A DNA stretch of 64,000 nucleotides from Gammaproteobacteria bacterium (GTDB lineage Bacteria > Pseudomonadota > Gammaproteobacteria > Eutrophobiales > Eutrophobiaceae): assembly GCA_965116495.1 (NCBI GenBank), contig OZ220696.1:1152001-1216000 (forward strand), in the 5' to 3' direction. Below, piece after piece: positions 7,244 through 17,043 of the stretch (its first letter is position 1; every line of letters begins with the position of its first letter). Below the pieces are notes generated by a model that had not been told where the DNA came from, searched no databases, and saw nothing but the letters and a program-made list of their open reading frames with translations. The position numbers were made by a program, and so were the translations under genes.

Positions 7244-9763
7244 ATGAACAGATCACGCATTGCCATATTCGCCTCATTAATCATCTGTTGCTCTCTGTCC
7301 TCTGGTGCCGGGGCGCAGGAAGCTGTTGAAGAACTCGTCGTTATCGGCGTGACTCCCTCTCGCGACGGCACAGGTTTACCGGAAGAAAAAATCCCTTACC
7401 GGGTACAGTCCTCGACGGCGGAAGATATCGAGCGCTCGCAGAGCCTGGACATTTCCGATTTTCTCCGGCACAACCTGGCCAGCGTCACCCACAACGATGC
7501 CCAGAACAACCCGTTGCAGCCGGATATACAGTACCGCGGTTTTACCGCCTCTCCCCTGCTGGGCCTGTCACAGGGCATGTCGGTCTACCAGAACGGCGTG
7601 CGCATCAACGAACCCCTGGGGGACACGGTGAACTGGGACATGTTGCCCGAATCGGCGATACACAGCATTGACCTCATCGGTGGCGCCAACCCCCTGTTCG
7701 GTTTGAACACGGTGGGTGGCGCGTTATCGGTGAACATGAAGGACGGTTTCAACAGCGACGGCCACAGTGCGGAAGTCTACGGCGGCTCTTTTGAGCGCAT
7801 CGTCACGTCGGCGGAGAGCGGCGGCAACAATGGTTCCCTGGGGTATTACGCAAACGTGAGTTATTTCGACGAGGACGGCTGGCGCGATGAATCGCCGTCC
7901 GATGCCCTCAACCTCTACGGCAGCCTGAGCTGGCGTAGCGCCATGTCACGCCTGAACCTGAACGTACAGCACGGCGACAGCAAACTGATCGGCAACGGCG
8001 CGATCCCCGCGGAATTGCTGGCGGATGACCGCGACGCAATCTTTACCGCGCCCGATATTACCGAGAACGACCTGATCATGGTCAGCCTGGACGGCAGCCA
8101 CAACTTCAACGACAAGGTAAAACTCAACGTCAACTTTTTCTACCGGGAAAATGACGGCTCATCATTCAACGGCGACGGCAGTGAATTCGGCATCGAGTTC
8201 GATGATGATGGCATGTGGTTGCTGGTCGAGGGAGATGATGACGACGATGACGATGACGACGATAACGGTCATGACGATGATGATAGCGGTAACGGCAATG
8301 GCGACGACGATGACGATAACGGCCATGACGATGATGATAACGGCAACGGCAATGGCGACGACGATGACGACAACGGCCATGACGACGATGACGATGACTA
8401 CGAAGAGTTGGAGGGCGTTGAGACATATGGCGCCGGCGATCCTTCGGACCTTGACATCATTGCCATCAACAATACCAGCAGCCGCAGGCAGGAAAGCTAC
8501 GGTACGGACATCCAGTTGACGTTCCTGAACGACCTGGCGGGCATGGAAAACCAGTTGATCATGGGCTTCACCTATTACAAGGGGGAAAGCACGTTCCGCT
8601 CCGAAACGGAAATAGCCGGCCTCGACCCCGTGACCCGCAGCACCGTGGGCCTGGGTACCGGCGTATTCGTTGAAGAGGCCAGGACCAACCTGGAGACGGA
8701 GACGGAAACGACCAGTTTCTACTTCATGAATGCCATGAGCCTGACGGAACAGCTCACCCTGGTCGTGTCCGGGCGCCTGAACAACACCTTGATCGACCTC
8801 CAGGATCTCTCCGGAGAGCGCCCGGAACTGAACGGCGAACACGACTTTTTCCGTTTCAACCCGGCGCTGGGCCTGACCTTTCAAGCCACCGACAACATGA
8901 ATATCTACGGCAGTTACAGCGAATCAAACCGCGCGCCGACGCCTATCGAGCTTGCCTGCAACGACAGTGTCTATACCCGTGCGCAGGCGTTCGCGGACGA
9001 CCCGGATGACGTGGATTTCGAATGCCGCCTGCCCAACGCATTCCTGGCCGACCCGCCCCTGAATGACGTTGTGAGCAAGAGTTTTGAAGCCGGCGTACGC
9101 GGCGATATCGGGCTGGTGGATTACCACCTGGGGTTCTTCCACACCACCAACCACGATGACATCCTGTTCCAGACCACCGGCAGGGCCACCGGCCTGTTCG
9201 CCAACGTGGACAAGACCCGGCACCTGGGTTTTGAGGGAGCGTTGAACGGATCGACCGGCAATCTCAACTGGTTCCTGGCCTACACATACCTGGAAGCGAC
9301 TTTTGAGGACGAGTTCACTGCGGTCGAGAACGAAAACCACCCGCTGGGCGATGATATCGAGGTGGAACAAGGGGATCGTATTCCGGGGTTGCCCGAACAT
9401 ACCCTGAAACTGGGCGCCGATTACCTGCTGTTCGAACGCCTCAATGTCGGTTTCGACGTGGCCTACACGTCGAAAAAAGAACTGCGCGGCAACGAGGGCA
9501 ACGACAGGGATGACGAGGGTTTCCTGGACCCGGTTGGCGGTTACGCCGTGGTCAACCTGCGCGCCAGTTACCAGGTAACTAACAATATCCAGGTATTCGG
9601 CCGTGTCACCAACCTGTTTGACGAAGACTACGAAAGCTTCGGCCTGCTGGGTGAGGAACCCGATGAGGTGGCCGTGGAGGAATTTGAAGACTATGAAAGC
9701 CCGCGCTTTTTAGGTCCGGGCGCGCCCCGCGCAGGTTTTGTCGGCATCAAGGTGAGCATGTAA
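7244..9763 (+). CDS. TonB-dependent outer-membrane receptor with Asp-rich insertion
   Basis: Signal peptide, TonB box (EELVVIG), plug motifs (YQNGVRINEP, GANPLFGLNTVGGAL), barrel end (RVTNLFDEDY...PRAGFVGIKVSM). Confidence 0.92.
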   Translation: MNRSRIAIFASLIICCSLSSGAGAQEAVEELVVIGVTPSRDGTGLPEEKIPYRVQSSTAEDIERSQSLDISDFLRHNLASVTHNDAQNNPLQPDIQYRGFTASPLLGLSQGMSVYQNGVRINEPLGDTVNWDMLPESAIHSIDLIGGANPLFGLNTVGGALSVNMKDGFNSDGHSAEVYGGSFERIVTSAESGGNNGSLGYYANVSYFDEDGWRDESPSDALNLYGSLSWRSAMSRLNLNVQHGDSKLIGNGAIPAELLADDRDAIFTAPDITENDLIMVSLDGSHNFNDKVKLNVNFFYRENDGSSFNGDGSEFGIEFDDDGMWLLVEGDDDDDDDDDDNGHDDDDSGNGNGDDDDDNGHDDDDNGNGNGDDDDDNGHDDDDDDYEELEGVETYGAGDPSDLDIIAINNTSSRRQESYGTDIQLTFLNDLAGMENQLIMGFTYYKGESTFRSETEIAGLDPVTRSTVGLGTGVFVEEARTNLETETETTSFYFMNAMSLTEQLTLVVSGRLNNTLIDLQDLSGERPELNGEHDFFRFNPALGLTFQATDNMNIYGSYSESNRAPTPIELACNDSVYTRAQAFADDPDDVDFECRLPNAFLADPPLNDVVSKSFEAGVRGDIGLVDYHLGFFHTTNHDDILFQTTGRATGLFANVDKTRHLGFEGALNGSTGNLNWFLAYTYLEATFEDEFTAVENENHPLGDDIEVEQGDRIPGLPEHTLKLGADYLLFERLNVGFDVAYTSKKELRGNEGNDRDDEGFLDPVGGYAVVNLRASYQVTNNIQVFGRVTNLFDEDYESFGLLGEEPDEVAVEEFEDYESPRFLGPGAPRAGFVGIKVSM
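8234..8398 (+). repeat. In-frame 54-bp repeat encoding DDDDDNGHDDDD(S/N)GNGNG
   Basis: 55 codons, 34 Asp, three NGH units. Confidence 0.9.
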
Positions 9764-9805
9764 ATCCGGTCTTATCCCCCTGCACCTCTGCACCGGCGAC
9801 TATCA

Positions 9806-9875
9806 GGGGTCAGAGTAAAAACAGCAACACTGACAGGAAGTATGGTTTATTGTTGGGTATTTTTACTCTGACCCC
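9806..9875. repeat. REP-like inverted repeat GGGGTCAGAGTAAAAA ... TTTTTACTCTGACCCC
   Basis: Perfect 16-bp arms around a 38-bp spacer. Confidence 0.8.
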
Positions 9876-10016
9876 AAATATTTACAGGGATTTATAACCT
9901 GCATCCGTATCCCCATCCAAGCGTATGCAGGTATCCTTTCGTTCAGTCTTCTGCCTATAAACTATGCAGCTATTGCATAAAACGGGTAAACTTACGCGCC
10001 TTACATTCAACTCGAC

Positions 10017-10568
10017 GTGATCAGCATGGAACAGGCATACACAGACATTATCAAAGAAATCGACGACCTTAACCGGCCTGGATTAAAACATACGCCTCAA
10101 CGCGCAGCCAAGGCAATGCGTTTTCTGACCCGCGGCTACACCCTGGACCTGGAAGAGATAATCAACGATGCCCGCTTCCCGACGGAACGGAGTGAGATGG
10201 TCGTCGTCCAGGACATAGAACTCTATTCGCTTTGCGAACACCACCTGTTGCCGTTTGTCGGCAAGTGTCACGTGGCTTACATTCCGAACAAGTTTGTCAT
10301 CGGCCTGTCCAAGGTCGCCAGAATCGTCGATATGTATGCGCGCCGGTTGCAGAACCAGGAGGACCTCACCATGGACATTGCCCGGGCAATGAATAGCGCG
10401 ACCGATGTTGAAGACGTCGCCGTCATCATCGAGGCCAAACACCTGTGCATGATGATGCGCGGGGTGGAAAAACAGAACTCCGTGATGAAAACATCTGCCA
10501 TGCTGGGTATTTTCCGCTCCAACCCCAGCACCCGGGCGGAGTTGTTCTCCTTACTGAAATCAACCTGA
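10017..10568 (+). CDS. folE: GTP cyclohydrolase I
   Basis: [46 protein letters not shown]. Confidence 0.95.
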   Translation: MISMEQAYTDIIKEIDDLNRPGLKHTPQRAAKAMRFLTRGYTLDLEEIINDARFPTERSEMVVVQDIELYSLCEHHLLPFVGKCHVAYIPNKFVIGLSKVARIVDMYARRLQNQEDLTMDIARAMNSATDVEDVAVIIEAKHLCMMMRGVEKQNSVMKTSAMLGIFRSNPSTRAELFSLLKST

Positions 10569-10619
10569 TCTGTCCAGTGGCGGTCTTGCCTGCCCCGGCA
10601 AGACAAGGATCATTACTAG

Positions 10620-12236
10620 CAGTCTGTCGGACTTAGGGCTGGGATAGAGGTATAATAGACGACACGATTTGATGATACCACACGCTGTTCGATAGAGGCT
10701 GCTTCGATGGAAAACTTTGTGCAAAGTGACCGTAACCAACCCTACCTGTTACCACCGGATTTACGCGAGTGGCTACCCGAGGATGACCTGGCGCATTTTG
10801 TCGTGGCAGCGGTGGAACGGGTGCCTTTGAGTCAGTTTGTGGTGAACACCCGGGGCACGGGGTCGGCACAGTATCACCCGCGTATCATGCTGGCGTTGCT
10901 GATTTATTGTTATGCGAACGGTATTTTTTCCTCGCGCCGGATTGAGCGAGCGACGTACCGGGATATCGGGGTGCGTTACGTGACGGCGAACACGCACCCG
11001 GACCATGACACGATTTGCAAGTTCCGGCGGGAGAACCTTGAGGCGGTACAGGCGGGTTTTGTGGAGGTGTTATTGCTGGCGAAGGAATTGAAGTTGTTGA
11101 CGGTGGGCCGGGTGAGTGTGGACGGGACGAAGGTGAAGGCGGCTGCGAGCAAGCGGCGCAGTATCCGCTATGACCGGGCGGTGGAATTACGCGAGCAGTT
11201 GCGGGGTGAGGTCAAGGATTTGCTGGCCGAAGCGGAGCGTGCGGACAGCCAGGACGCGGCGGACCCGCAGCAGTTGCCGAAGGCGTTGGCGCGGCGGGAG
11301 GCGCTGGCGACGCAACTGGATGCGGCCTGCGCACGTCTGGAGCGCCAGGCCAAGGCGCAAGCGCAGGCGGACCAGGCCGAGTACGAGCGCAAGGTGGCGG
11401 CGCGTGAGAAGCGTCGGGGCCGGGCCAAGGGGCACCCTATCAAGCCGCCGGAAGACACCCCGGCGGAGGACACCCAGGTGAACCTGACGGATGCGGACAG
11501 TTCCCTGATGCGCAAGAACAAACGCAGTGAGTACCGGCAGGCGTACAATGCGCAGGCGGTGGTGGATGCGGACGGCAGCCAGTTGGTGCTGGGGACGCGG
11601 GTCAGCCAATGCGCCAGCGACCGCAACGAATTGGTCGCTGACATTGACTCGGTGCCGGCGGCGTTGGGGACCCCTGCCCAGGTGTTGGCGGACAACGGCT
11701 ATGCGACGGAGACAGAAGTGGCTGCGCTGACCGGTCGGGAGATAGACGTGCTGGTGGCGGTGGGGACGGAGGACCGGCGCCGGCGGCATGACTTCCGCCC
11801 GTTGCCGGACCCGGCGCAGGCGGCCAAGCCCAAGCCGGCGAAAGCGCCCTGGCTGGTGGCGATGCAAGAGAAGTTATCACAGGCGGACAACCGGGCCAGC
11901 TACCGGTTGCGGCAGCAGACCGTGGAGCCGGTGTTCGGTATCATGAAGCAGGCCCTGGGGTTCCGGCAGTTTCTCCTGCGCGGCCATGAGAAGGTGACCG
12001 GTGAGTGGCAGTTACTGGCCCTGGCCTACAACTGTAAACGCCTGCATAACATGCAGCTGGCCTGATGCAGGGGGCAGTGGGTGTTTACCCGGTCAGGACA
12101 GGCGCCTGGTGAGGTCTGTACATCCCCATAATGTACATGTATAGGTTCAGGCAACATGCACGTGCGCCTTGCCGCGACAAAAAGACCTGAAAAGTGGTCC
12201 GCAAAGATAATCGCAGCGCCCAAGTCCGACAGACTG
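10620..12236 (+). mobile_element. IS1182-family insertion sequence
   Basis: 15-bp terminal IR CAGTCTGTCGGACTT; CTAG on both flanks (10616-10619 and 12237-12240). Confidence 0.88.
10707..12065 (+). CDS. IS1182-family transposase
   Basis: LLPPDLREWLPEDDLA, SSRRIERA, PDHDTICKFRR, VDGTKVKA, YNAQAVVD, LADNGY, RQQTVEPVFG. Confidence 0.92.
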   Translation: MENFVQSDRNQPYLLPPDLREWLPEDDLAHFVVAAVERVPLSQFVVNTRGTGSAQYHPRIMLALLIYCYANGIFSSRRIERATYRDIGVRYVTANTHPDHDTICKFRRENLEAVQAGFVEVLLLAKELKLLTVGRVSVDGTKVKAAASKRRSIRYDRAVELREQLRGEVKDLLAEAERADSQDAADPQQLPKALARREALATQLDAACARLERQAKAQAQADQAEYERKVAAREKRRGRAKGHPIKPPEDTPAEDTQVNLTDADSSLMRKNKRSEYRQAYNAQAVVDADGSQLVLGTRVSQCASDRNELVADIDSVPAALGTPAQVLADNGYATETEVAALTGREIDVLVAVGTEDRRRRHDFRPLPDPAQAAKPKPAKAPWLVAMQEKLSQADNRASYRLRQQTVEPVFGIMKQALGFRQFLLRGHEKVTGEWQLLALAYNCKRLHNMQLA

Positions 12237-12240
12237 CTAG

Positions 12241-12501
12241 TACTCTTTCAACTTAATATTGACATGTTCAGAGCTACACAGCAACGCCAAGACAAGGCGC
12301 AGCCCGCAGAGAATGGCGCGCCCTTGTCAAGGGCTGCAACGCCGTATTGGCGTTGCTGTGTAGCTCCCTGCGGGCGGGCCGGGAAGCGGTCGCCCGCGGC
12401 GTTACGCCGCTTGGCAAGGACGCGCCATTCCCGGCGCGGCGTGCCTTGCGCTCAACCGCTTCCCGACCCGCTGAGCATGTCAATATTAAGTTGAAAGAGT
12501 A
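12241..12501. mobile_element. 261-bp MITE (non-autonomous element)
   Basis: Perfect 26-bp terminal IR TACTCTTTCAACTTAATATTGACATG; CTAG on both flanks; two internal hairpins; no convincing ORF. Confidence 0.85.
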
Positions 12502-12522
12502 CTAGGACCGGGGAGTTAAAGC

Positions 12523-13893
12523 ATGACCGATACCTGCAAAAATAAAACCAATTGTTTATTGGCCTGTGTCCTTGCAGTCTCTATATTCTGTTTGAACACC
12601 ACTGCCTATTCATCCTCACTGGAAATACAGTCCTATTCAGCGAAAAACAGCGGCATCGCGGAAATCTCGGTCATCATCCTGGGTGAAAAAGAAGCTGTCC
12701 TGATCGACGCGCAATGGAAACCGTCCGATGCACAGCACGTCGCACAGATGATTATGGACTCGGGCAGGGAATTGACGCATATCCTGATAACCTACGGTCA
12801 TCCCGACCATTACTGGGGACTGGAAACGATACTGGACGCGTTTCCTGAGGCAAAAGTGCTGGCCCGCGAAGGTACCCGGGCTGAAATCGCCAACCAGTTT
12901 GCCGCGAAGTGGATCCACTGGCAACCCATGATGGGGGATGACATCCCCCTGGCGCCGGTTATTCCCGACGTCCTTGAGGGTGATAAAATACTGTTGGAAG
13001 GCAAGGAGATACGTATTATCGACCTGCCCCCCAATGAAGTCGAGAATGCCGTCGTCTACTACGTGCCGTCCGAACAGGCACTGATCGCCGGCGATCTTGT
13101 TTTCTCAAAGATGCATGCCTATTTTGCCGATCTCAATAACCCGACGGGCTGGATAGAGGCGCTGCAACTCATGAAGACCATCGGCCCGGTCAGGACAGTC
13201 TACCCGGGCCATGGTCCGGTCGGCGATGCAGGCCTGATCGACGAGGCGATTCATTACATGGAGGTGTACCGCTCCCACGCCAGGCCCGGTGTGCCGCTTC
13301 CCGAAATCGTTGCAGGCATGACACGGGAGTTCCCCGATTATGAGGGTGAAATTATTCTGTGGTGGACACGGGGCCCCAGCTTCGGGATATTCGGACCGCG
13401 CTCACAAGGCGTGCCGGAACGATTACTGGCACAACTGCCCCCACACCTGGTCGGGCCGGCCCCCGGTTGCAGTCACGGGAACAAGGCACTGGTTGAGAGA
13501 CTTTTCTACCAGGGTTTCAGCGGCGCTGATTTAACTGTCCTGGATGAAGTGCTGTCGGCGGACATCCATTTTGATGATCCCATGTTCCCCGCCGGACTTG
13601 ACGGACTGAAGGCGCTGGTGAAGAAGAACAATGAAAGTTTCGAGGGCTGGCATTTCAAAATGCACGATATCCTGTGTGACGGGGACAAGGTCACCGTGCG
13701 CTGGAGCGGATACGGCAAACACGTCGCCTCCTTCATGGGGGAGCCCGCAACCGGGAAGGACATCGAACTGACCGGCATCTCCATCTACCGGATAGACGCG
13801 AACAGGATAGTTGCCGACTGGGTCATACCGGACAACCTGGGCTTTCTCATGCAAATCGGGGTGCTGGAACCGGTTGATATGACCAGGGAGTAG
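12523..13893 (+). CDS. Exported MBL-fold protein fused to a SnoaL-like/ester-cyclase domain
   Basis: Signal-like N-terminus; TYGHPDH, IAGDLVF and PGHG MBL motifs; C-terminal GDKVTVRW..G.H...FMG..ATGK ester-cyclase pattern. Confidence 0.8.
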   Translation: MTDTCKNKTNCLLACVLAVSIFCLNTTAYSSSLEIQSYSAKNSGIAEISVIILGEKEAVLIDAQWKPSDAQHVAQMIMDSGRELTHILITYGHPDHYWGLETILDAFPEAKVLAREGTRAEIANQFAAKWIHWQPMMGDDIPLAPVIPDVLEGDKILLEGKEIRIIDLPPNEVENAVVYYVPSEQALIAGDLVFSKMHAYFADLNNPTGWIEALQLMKTIGPVRTVYPGHGPVGDAGLIDEAIHYMEVYRSHARPGVPLPEIVAGMTREFPDYEGEIILWWTRGPSFGIFGPRSQGVPERLLAQLPPHLVGPAPGCSHGNKALVERLFYQGFSGADLTVLDEVLSADIHFDDPMFPAGLDGLKALVKKNNESFEGWHFKMHDILCDGDKVTVRWSGYGKHVASFMGEPATGKDIELTGISIYRIDANRIVADWVIPDNLGFLMQIGVLEPVDMTRE

Positions 13894-13932
13894 GTTAACC
13901 TGGGCTTCACTGAACGGCCCCCAGTGGATCGA

Positions 13933-15288
13933 TCAGGGATGAAAGACAAACTCGGAACCGTCCACGAAGCGTTCATACCGATACGGTGTGAGATCAATTT
14001 TCGGCGCCTCGCTGGTGACCATGTCTGCCAGGGCCTCGCCTGCGGCTGTGCTCATGGTGAGGCCGTATAACATGCCGGCGCCGACGTAGAGGCCGGGGAT
14101 GCTGCTCACCGGCGAGATCACTCCCAGGTTGTCGATGGTGGACATCAGGGAACCGGTGTAGACCTCGCGTACCTTGCAGCCGGCAAAGGCAGGGATGTAA
14201 CGGCCCATGCCGGCGATGGCTTCGCCGGTAATTCCGGGGATAGACTCCGGTTGCAGAATGCGGTTTTCCTCGAATACGGAAACCCGGTCCGCCGGCCTTT
14301 TCCTGTTGGCCTTGAGGTCCCAGAAAAACGTGCCCAGGTTCAGCACCGGCCTCATGTCCTGGTCCACATCCGTCGGCGCGGCCATCAGCTTGCGGATATT
14401 CTTCACTATGGACATCGTTATGGGAATGCGGCCGGCAGCGGCGCCAAACAGGTAACCGCCATCGGCTTCGCGCCGGTAGTAGCCGGCGGGGGTCATGCCG
14501 TCGATGGCGGGGCCGCCCGCGACCGGTTCGACACTGCACTGTTCCGCGAAAATCATCATCTGCGGCAATTCCAGGCCCAGGTGTGCGGCCAGCATGGAAG
14601 ACCAGACGCCGCCGGCGATGATCACGCTGGCGGTCTTGATACTGCCCTTTTCCGTGATGACGCCGGCAACGGCGCCGCCCCGGCGTTCGATACTCCGCAC
14701 CGCGCATGACTGCAGTAACGTCGCTCCCTGCGCTTGCGCGGCCCGGGCAATGGCCGGCGCGGCCAGGCAAGGTTCGATGGCCGCACCGTTGGCCTGGTAC
14801 AAACCGCTGTGCCAGCCGCTGCCCAGGGCCCCATCGAGGGCGCCGATTTCCCTGTCCGTCAACATGCGCGCTTCCACGCCCGGTTGGCCCTGCATGTCTT
14901 TCAGCCAGGCCGCGCTGAATTCCGCCGGTTCCTCCTCCTTGTACAGGCTGATGAGGCCGGGTCCCGCATAACCCATGTCCCCGTTGATCCGCTCCGGCAT
15001 GGCGTGCCAGAGTTCGATGGAGCGGGCAATGAGTTCCATCTTGATGGGTGAGAGCAATTCATACTCGATGAGACCGACGGCGCGCCCGGAGGCTTCGCCC
15101 GCGACCACGCCTTTTTCACACAGGACGACACTGACACCTCTCTCCGCCAGGTTCAGGGCGGTAATTACGCCAAGCAGACCTCCGCCGATGATGACTACAT
15201 CCGCCTCAGCCGGCAGACCCCGGTCGCTTTCCACGGACTGCGCGCGGGTAACGCCCGGGACAATGCCGCAACCCCTGAATTCAATCAC
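13933..15288 (-). CDS. FAD-dependent oxidoreductase (DAO/DadA, amino-acid deaminase-like)
   Basis: DVVIIGGGLLG, CEKGVVAGEASGR, IAGGVWS motifs. Confidence 0.85.
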   Translation of the reverse strand: MIEFRGCGIVPGVTRAQSVESDRGLPAEADVVIIGGGLLGVITALNLAERGVSVVLCEKGVVAGEASGRAVGLIEYELLSPIKMELIARSIELWHAMPERINGDMGYAGPGLISLYKEEEPAEFSAAWLKDMQGQPGVEARMLTDREIGALDGALGSGWHSGLYQANGAAIEPCLAAPAIARAAQAQGATLLQSCAVRSIERRGGAVAGVITEKGSIKTASVIIAGGVWSSMLAAHLGLELPQMMIFAEQCSVEPVAGGPAIDGMTPAGYYRREADGGYLFGAAAGRIPITMSIVKNIRKLMAAPTDVDQDMRPVLNLGTFFWDLKANRKRPADRVSVFEENRILQPESIPGITGEAIAGMGRYIPAFAGCKVREVYTGSLMSTIDNLGVISPVSSIPGLYVGAGMLYGLTMSTAAGEALADMVTSEAPKIDLTPYRYERFVDGSEFVFHP

Positions 15289-17030
15289 GGTATTGCTCCG
15301 TCACGTAATTGCCCGGTCTGCGCAATATCCAGAACGTGAATTCCATTGTCTTTGTTGATGATAGTCCGGTAAATATCCCTTGCTTCGTCCACGGTGATGC
15401 GTTCATCCCGCACGTCGGCAAGCACTTTTTCCGGGTCGCGGGTAGCCGGATCCCCCCAGCCGCCACCGCCACCGCTACGCATGCCGACAATATCACCGGA
15501 GCACAGCCGGCCCGTGTAGGCGCCCCGGTCCCCGAGTAATTCCTCCCTGTCGGTACCCGGGTTGATCACCACCCGGGCAGGCCCGCCGGCGCCGCCTTCA
15601 TCGGCGCCCTCGGCAATGGTTTCCCGGGTATTCTCATGTGCCGTGAACAGGGTGACGCCGTCCTCGAGCACCCGGTAGTCGCGATAGATGCCGGCGCCGC
15701 CCCGGTAACGGCCGGGCCCCGCAACCTCTTCGCGCAGGCTGAACTGCTCGATACGCAACGGGTAACGCATTTCCACTACCTCCACCGGTGAATTCGGTAC
15801 GTCGCCCATTACATTAATGGCCATGGTCGGCCCATCCGCATAGGGCCGGGCGCCGTTACCCACGTCAAACGGATCAACGAGTATGAACGGATTGCCGTCA
15901 CGGGGATTTACCCGGGAAATAGTGGGCATGCACAGGGTTGCGCCGCCGGAGATACAACGCTCCGGGACCGCCTTGGCCAGGGCTCGCATGGTCAATTCGT
16001 AACAGGCATTACACACATAACCGTAGGAATCAACCGGTGCGGGACGTTGCGGGCTGATCACCAGACCGGGCGGGATATCAAAATGGATACTGCGAAAGTC
16101 CCCCTCATTGGACGGTTCTGCCGGTGATATCACTCCCTTGATGGCCGCGCGCACGACGCTGCGGACGGCATATTCCGGCGCGTTGACCGGTCCTGCCCTG
16201 GTCGGGCTGGTACCGTCGAAGGACACGAATATCTCGTCACCGTCCACCTGCACCTGGATGGCGATGGCGAATGGACTGCCCAGGACTACGCCGTCATGGT
16301 CCATCATCTGGCGTTCCTCATAAACACCGTCGGGAATGGCGCGCACCTGGCGGCGGGTATCGTTTTCAGTGCTGTCGATAGCGAATTCCATGGCATCGTT
16401 CACCATGTCTATGCCGTATTTCCGGCACAGCACCCTGAGGCGCTCGGCGCCCTGGCGGCAGGCCGCGATCTGGGCCTGCATATCGCCGATGACGATATCA
16501 GGATAACGGGTATTGCTGCGGAGCATGCTCCAAAGCCCTTCCACCTTGTCACCGCCCGCGACGATTTTCTCGTGGGCGAAGCAGATACCTTCCTGGTACA
16601 CGTCGATAGAGTCCGGACACCAGCCGCCCGGGGTTTTGCCGCCGATATCTGCCCAGTGGGCGACGGACGCGGTGAATGCCAGCAGTCTGCCCTCGAAAAA
16701 CACCGGCATGTAGATGGATACGTCGGAAATGTGGTTGCCCGTGGTATAGGGGTCATTGGCGATGATGACATCCCCTTCGGCCAAGCCATCGATACCATGT
16801 TTCTCAATGCCCTTAGCGGCCGTGTGAGGCAGCGCCCCGACAAACACGGTCATGCCCGGCGCTTCCGCCCAGGTTTCACAGCGCGGCGAGACTATGGCGA
16901 GGCCGAAGTCCTGCACCTCGTAAAGCAATGGATTGTAGGCGGTGCGCACCAGGGTGGTGCCCATTTCCCGGGCCGCGGCAACGACGCCGTTGCGGATGAC
17001 TTCGGCAGTGATGATATCCAGCTTCGACAT
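15285..17030 (-). CDS. Hydantoinase B/oxoprolinase-family subunit
   Basis: RTAYNPLLYE..DF, NDPY..GNH..D, HWADIGG, GPGRYRGG, GGGGGWGDP. Confidence 0.92.
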   Translation of the reverse strand: MSKLDIITAEVIRNGVVAAAREMGTTLVRTAYNPLLYEVQDFGLAIVSPRCETWAEAPGMTVFVGALPHTAAKGIEKHGIDGLAEGDVIIANDPYTTGNHISDVSIYMPVFFEGRLLAFTASVAHWADIGGKTPGGWCPDSIDVYQEGICFAHEKIVAGGDKVEGLWSMLRSNTRYPDIVIGDMQAQIAACRQGAERLRVLCRKYGIDMVNDAMEFAIDSTENDTRRQVRAIPDGVYEERQMMDHDGVVLGSPFAIAIQVQVDGDEIFVSFDGTSPTRAGPVNAPEYAVRSVVRAAIKGVISPAEPSNEGDFRSIHFDIPPGLVISPQRPAPVDSYGYVCNACYELTMRALAKAVPERCISGGATLCMPTISRVNPRDGNPFILVDPFDVGNGARPYADGPTMAINVMGDVPNSPVEVVEMRYPLRIEQFSLREEVAGPGRYRGGAGIYRDYRVLEDGVTLFTAHENTRETIAEGADEGGAGGPARVVINPGTDREELLGDRGAYTGRLCSGDIVGMRSGGGGGWGDPATRDPEKVLADVRDERITVDEARDIYRTIINKDNGIHVLDIAQTGQLRDGAIP

Positions 17031-17043
17031 GGCGCTCACCTCC

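Noticed and set aside
8151-8884. Thr/Met-rich, Val/Ile-rich and His/Arg-rich ORFs
   Set aside because: Alternative-frame readings of the Asp repeat inside the receptor gene
12156-12494. 112-aa ORF across the IS end and the MITE
   Set aside because: Spans two mobile elements and has no protein-like features
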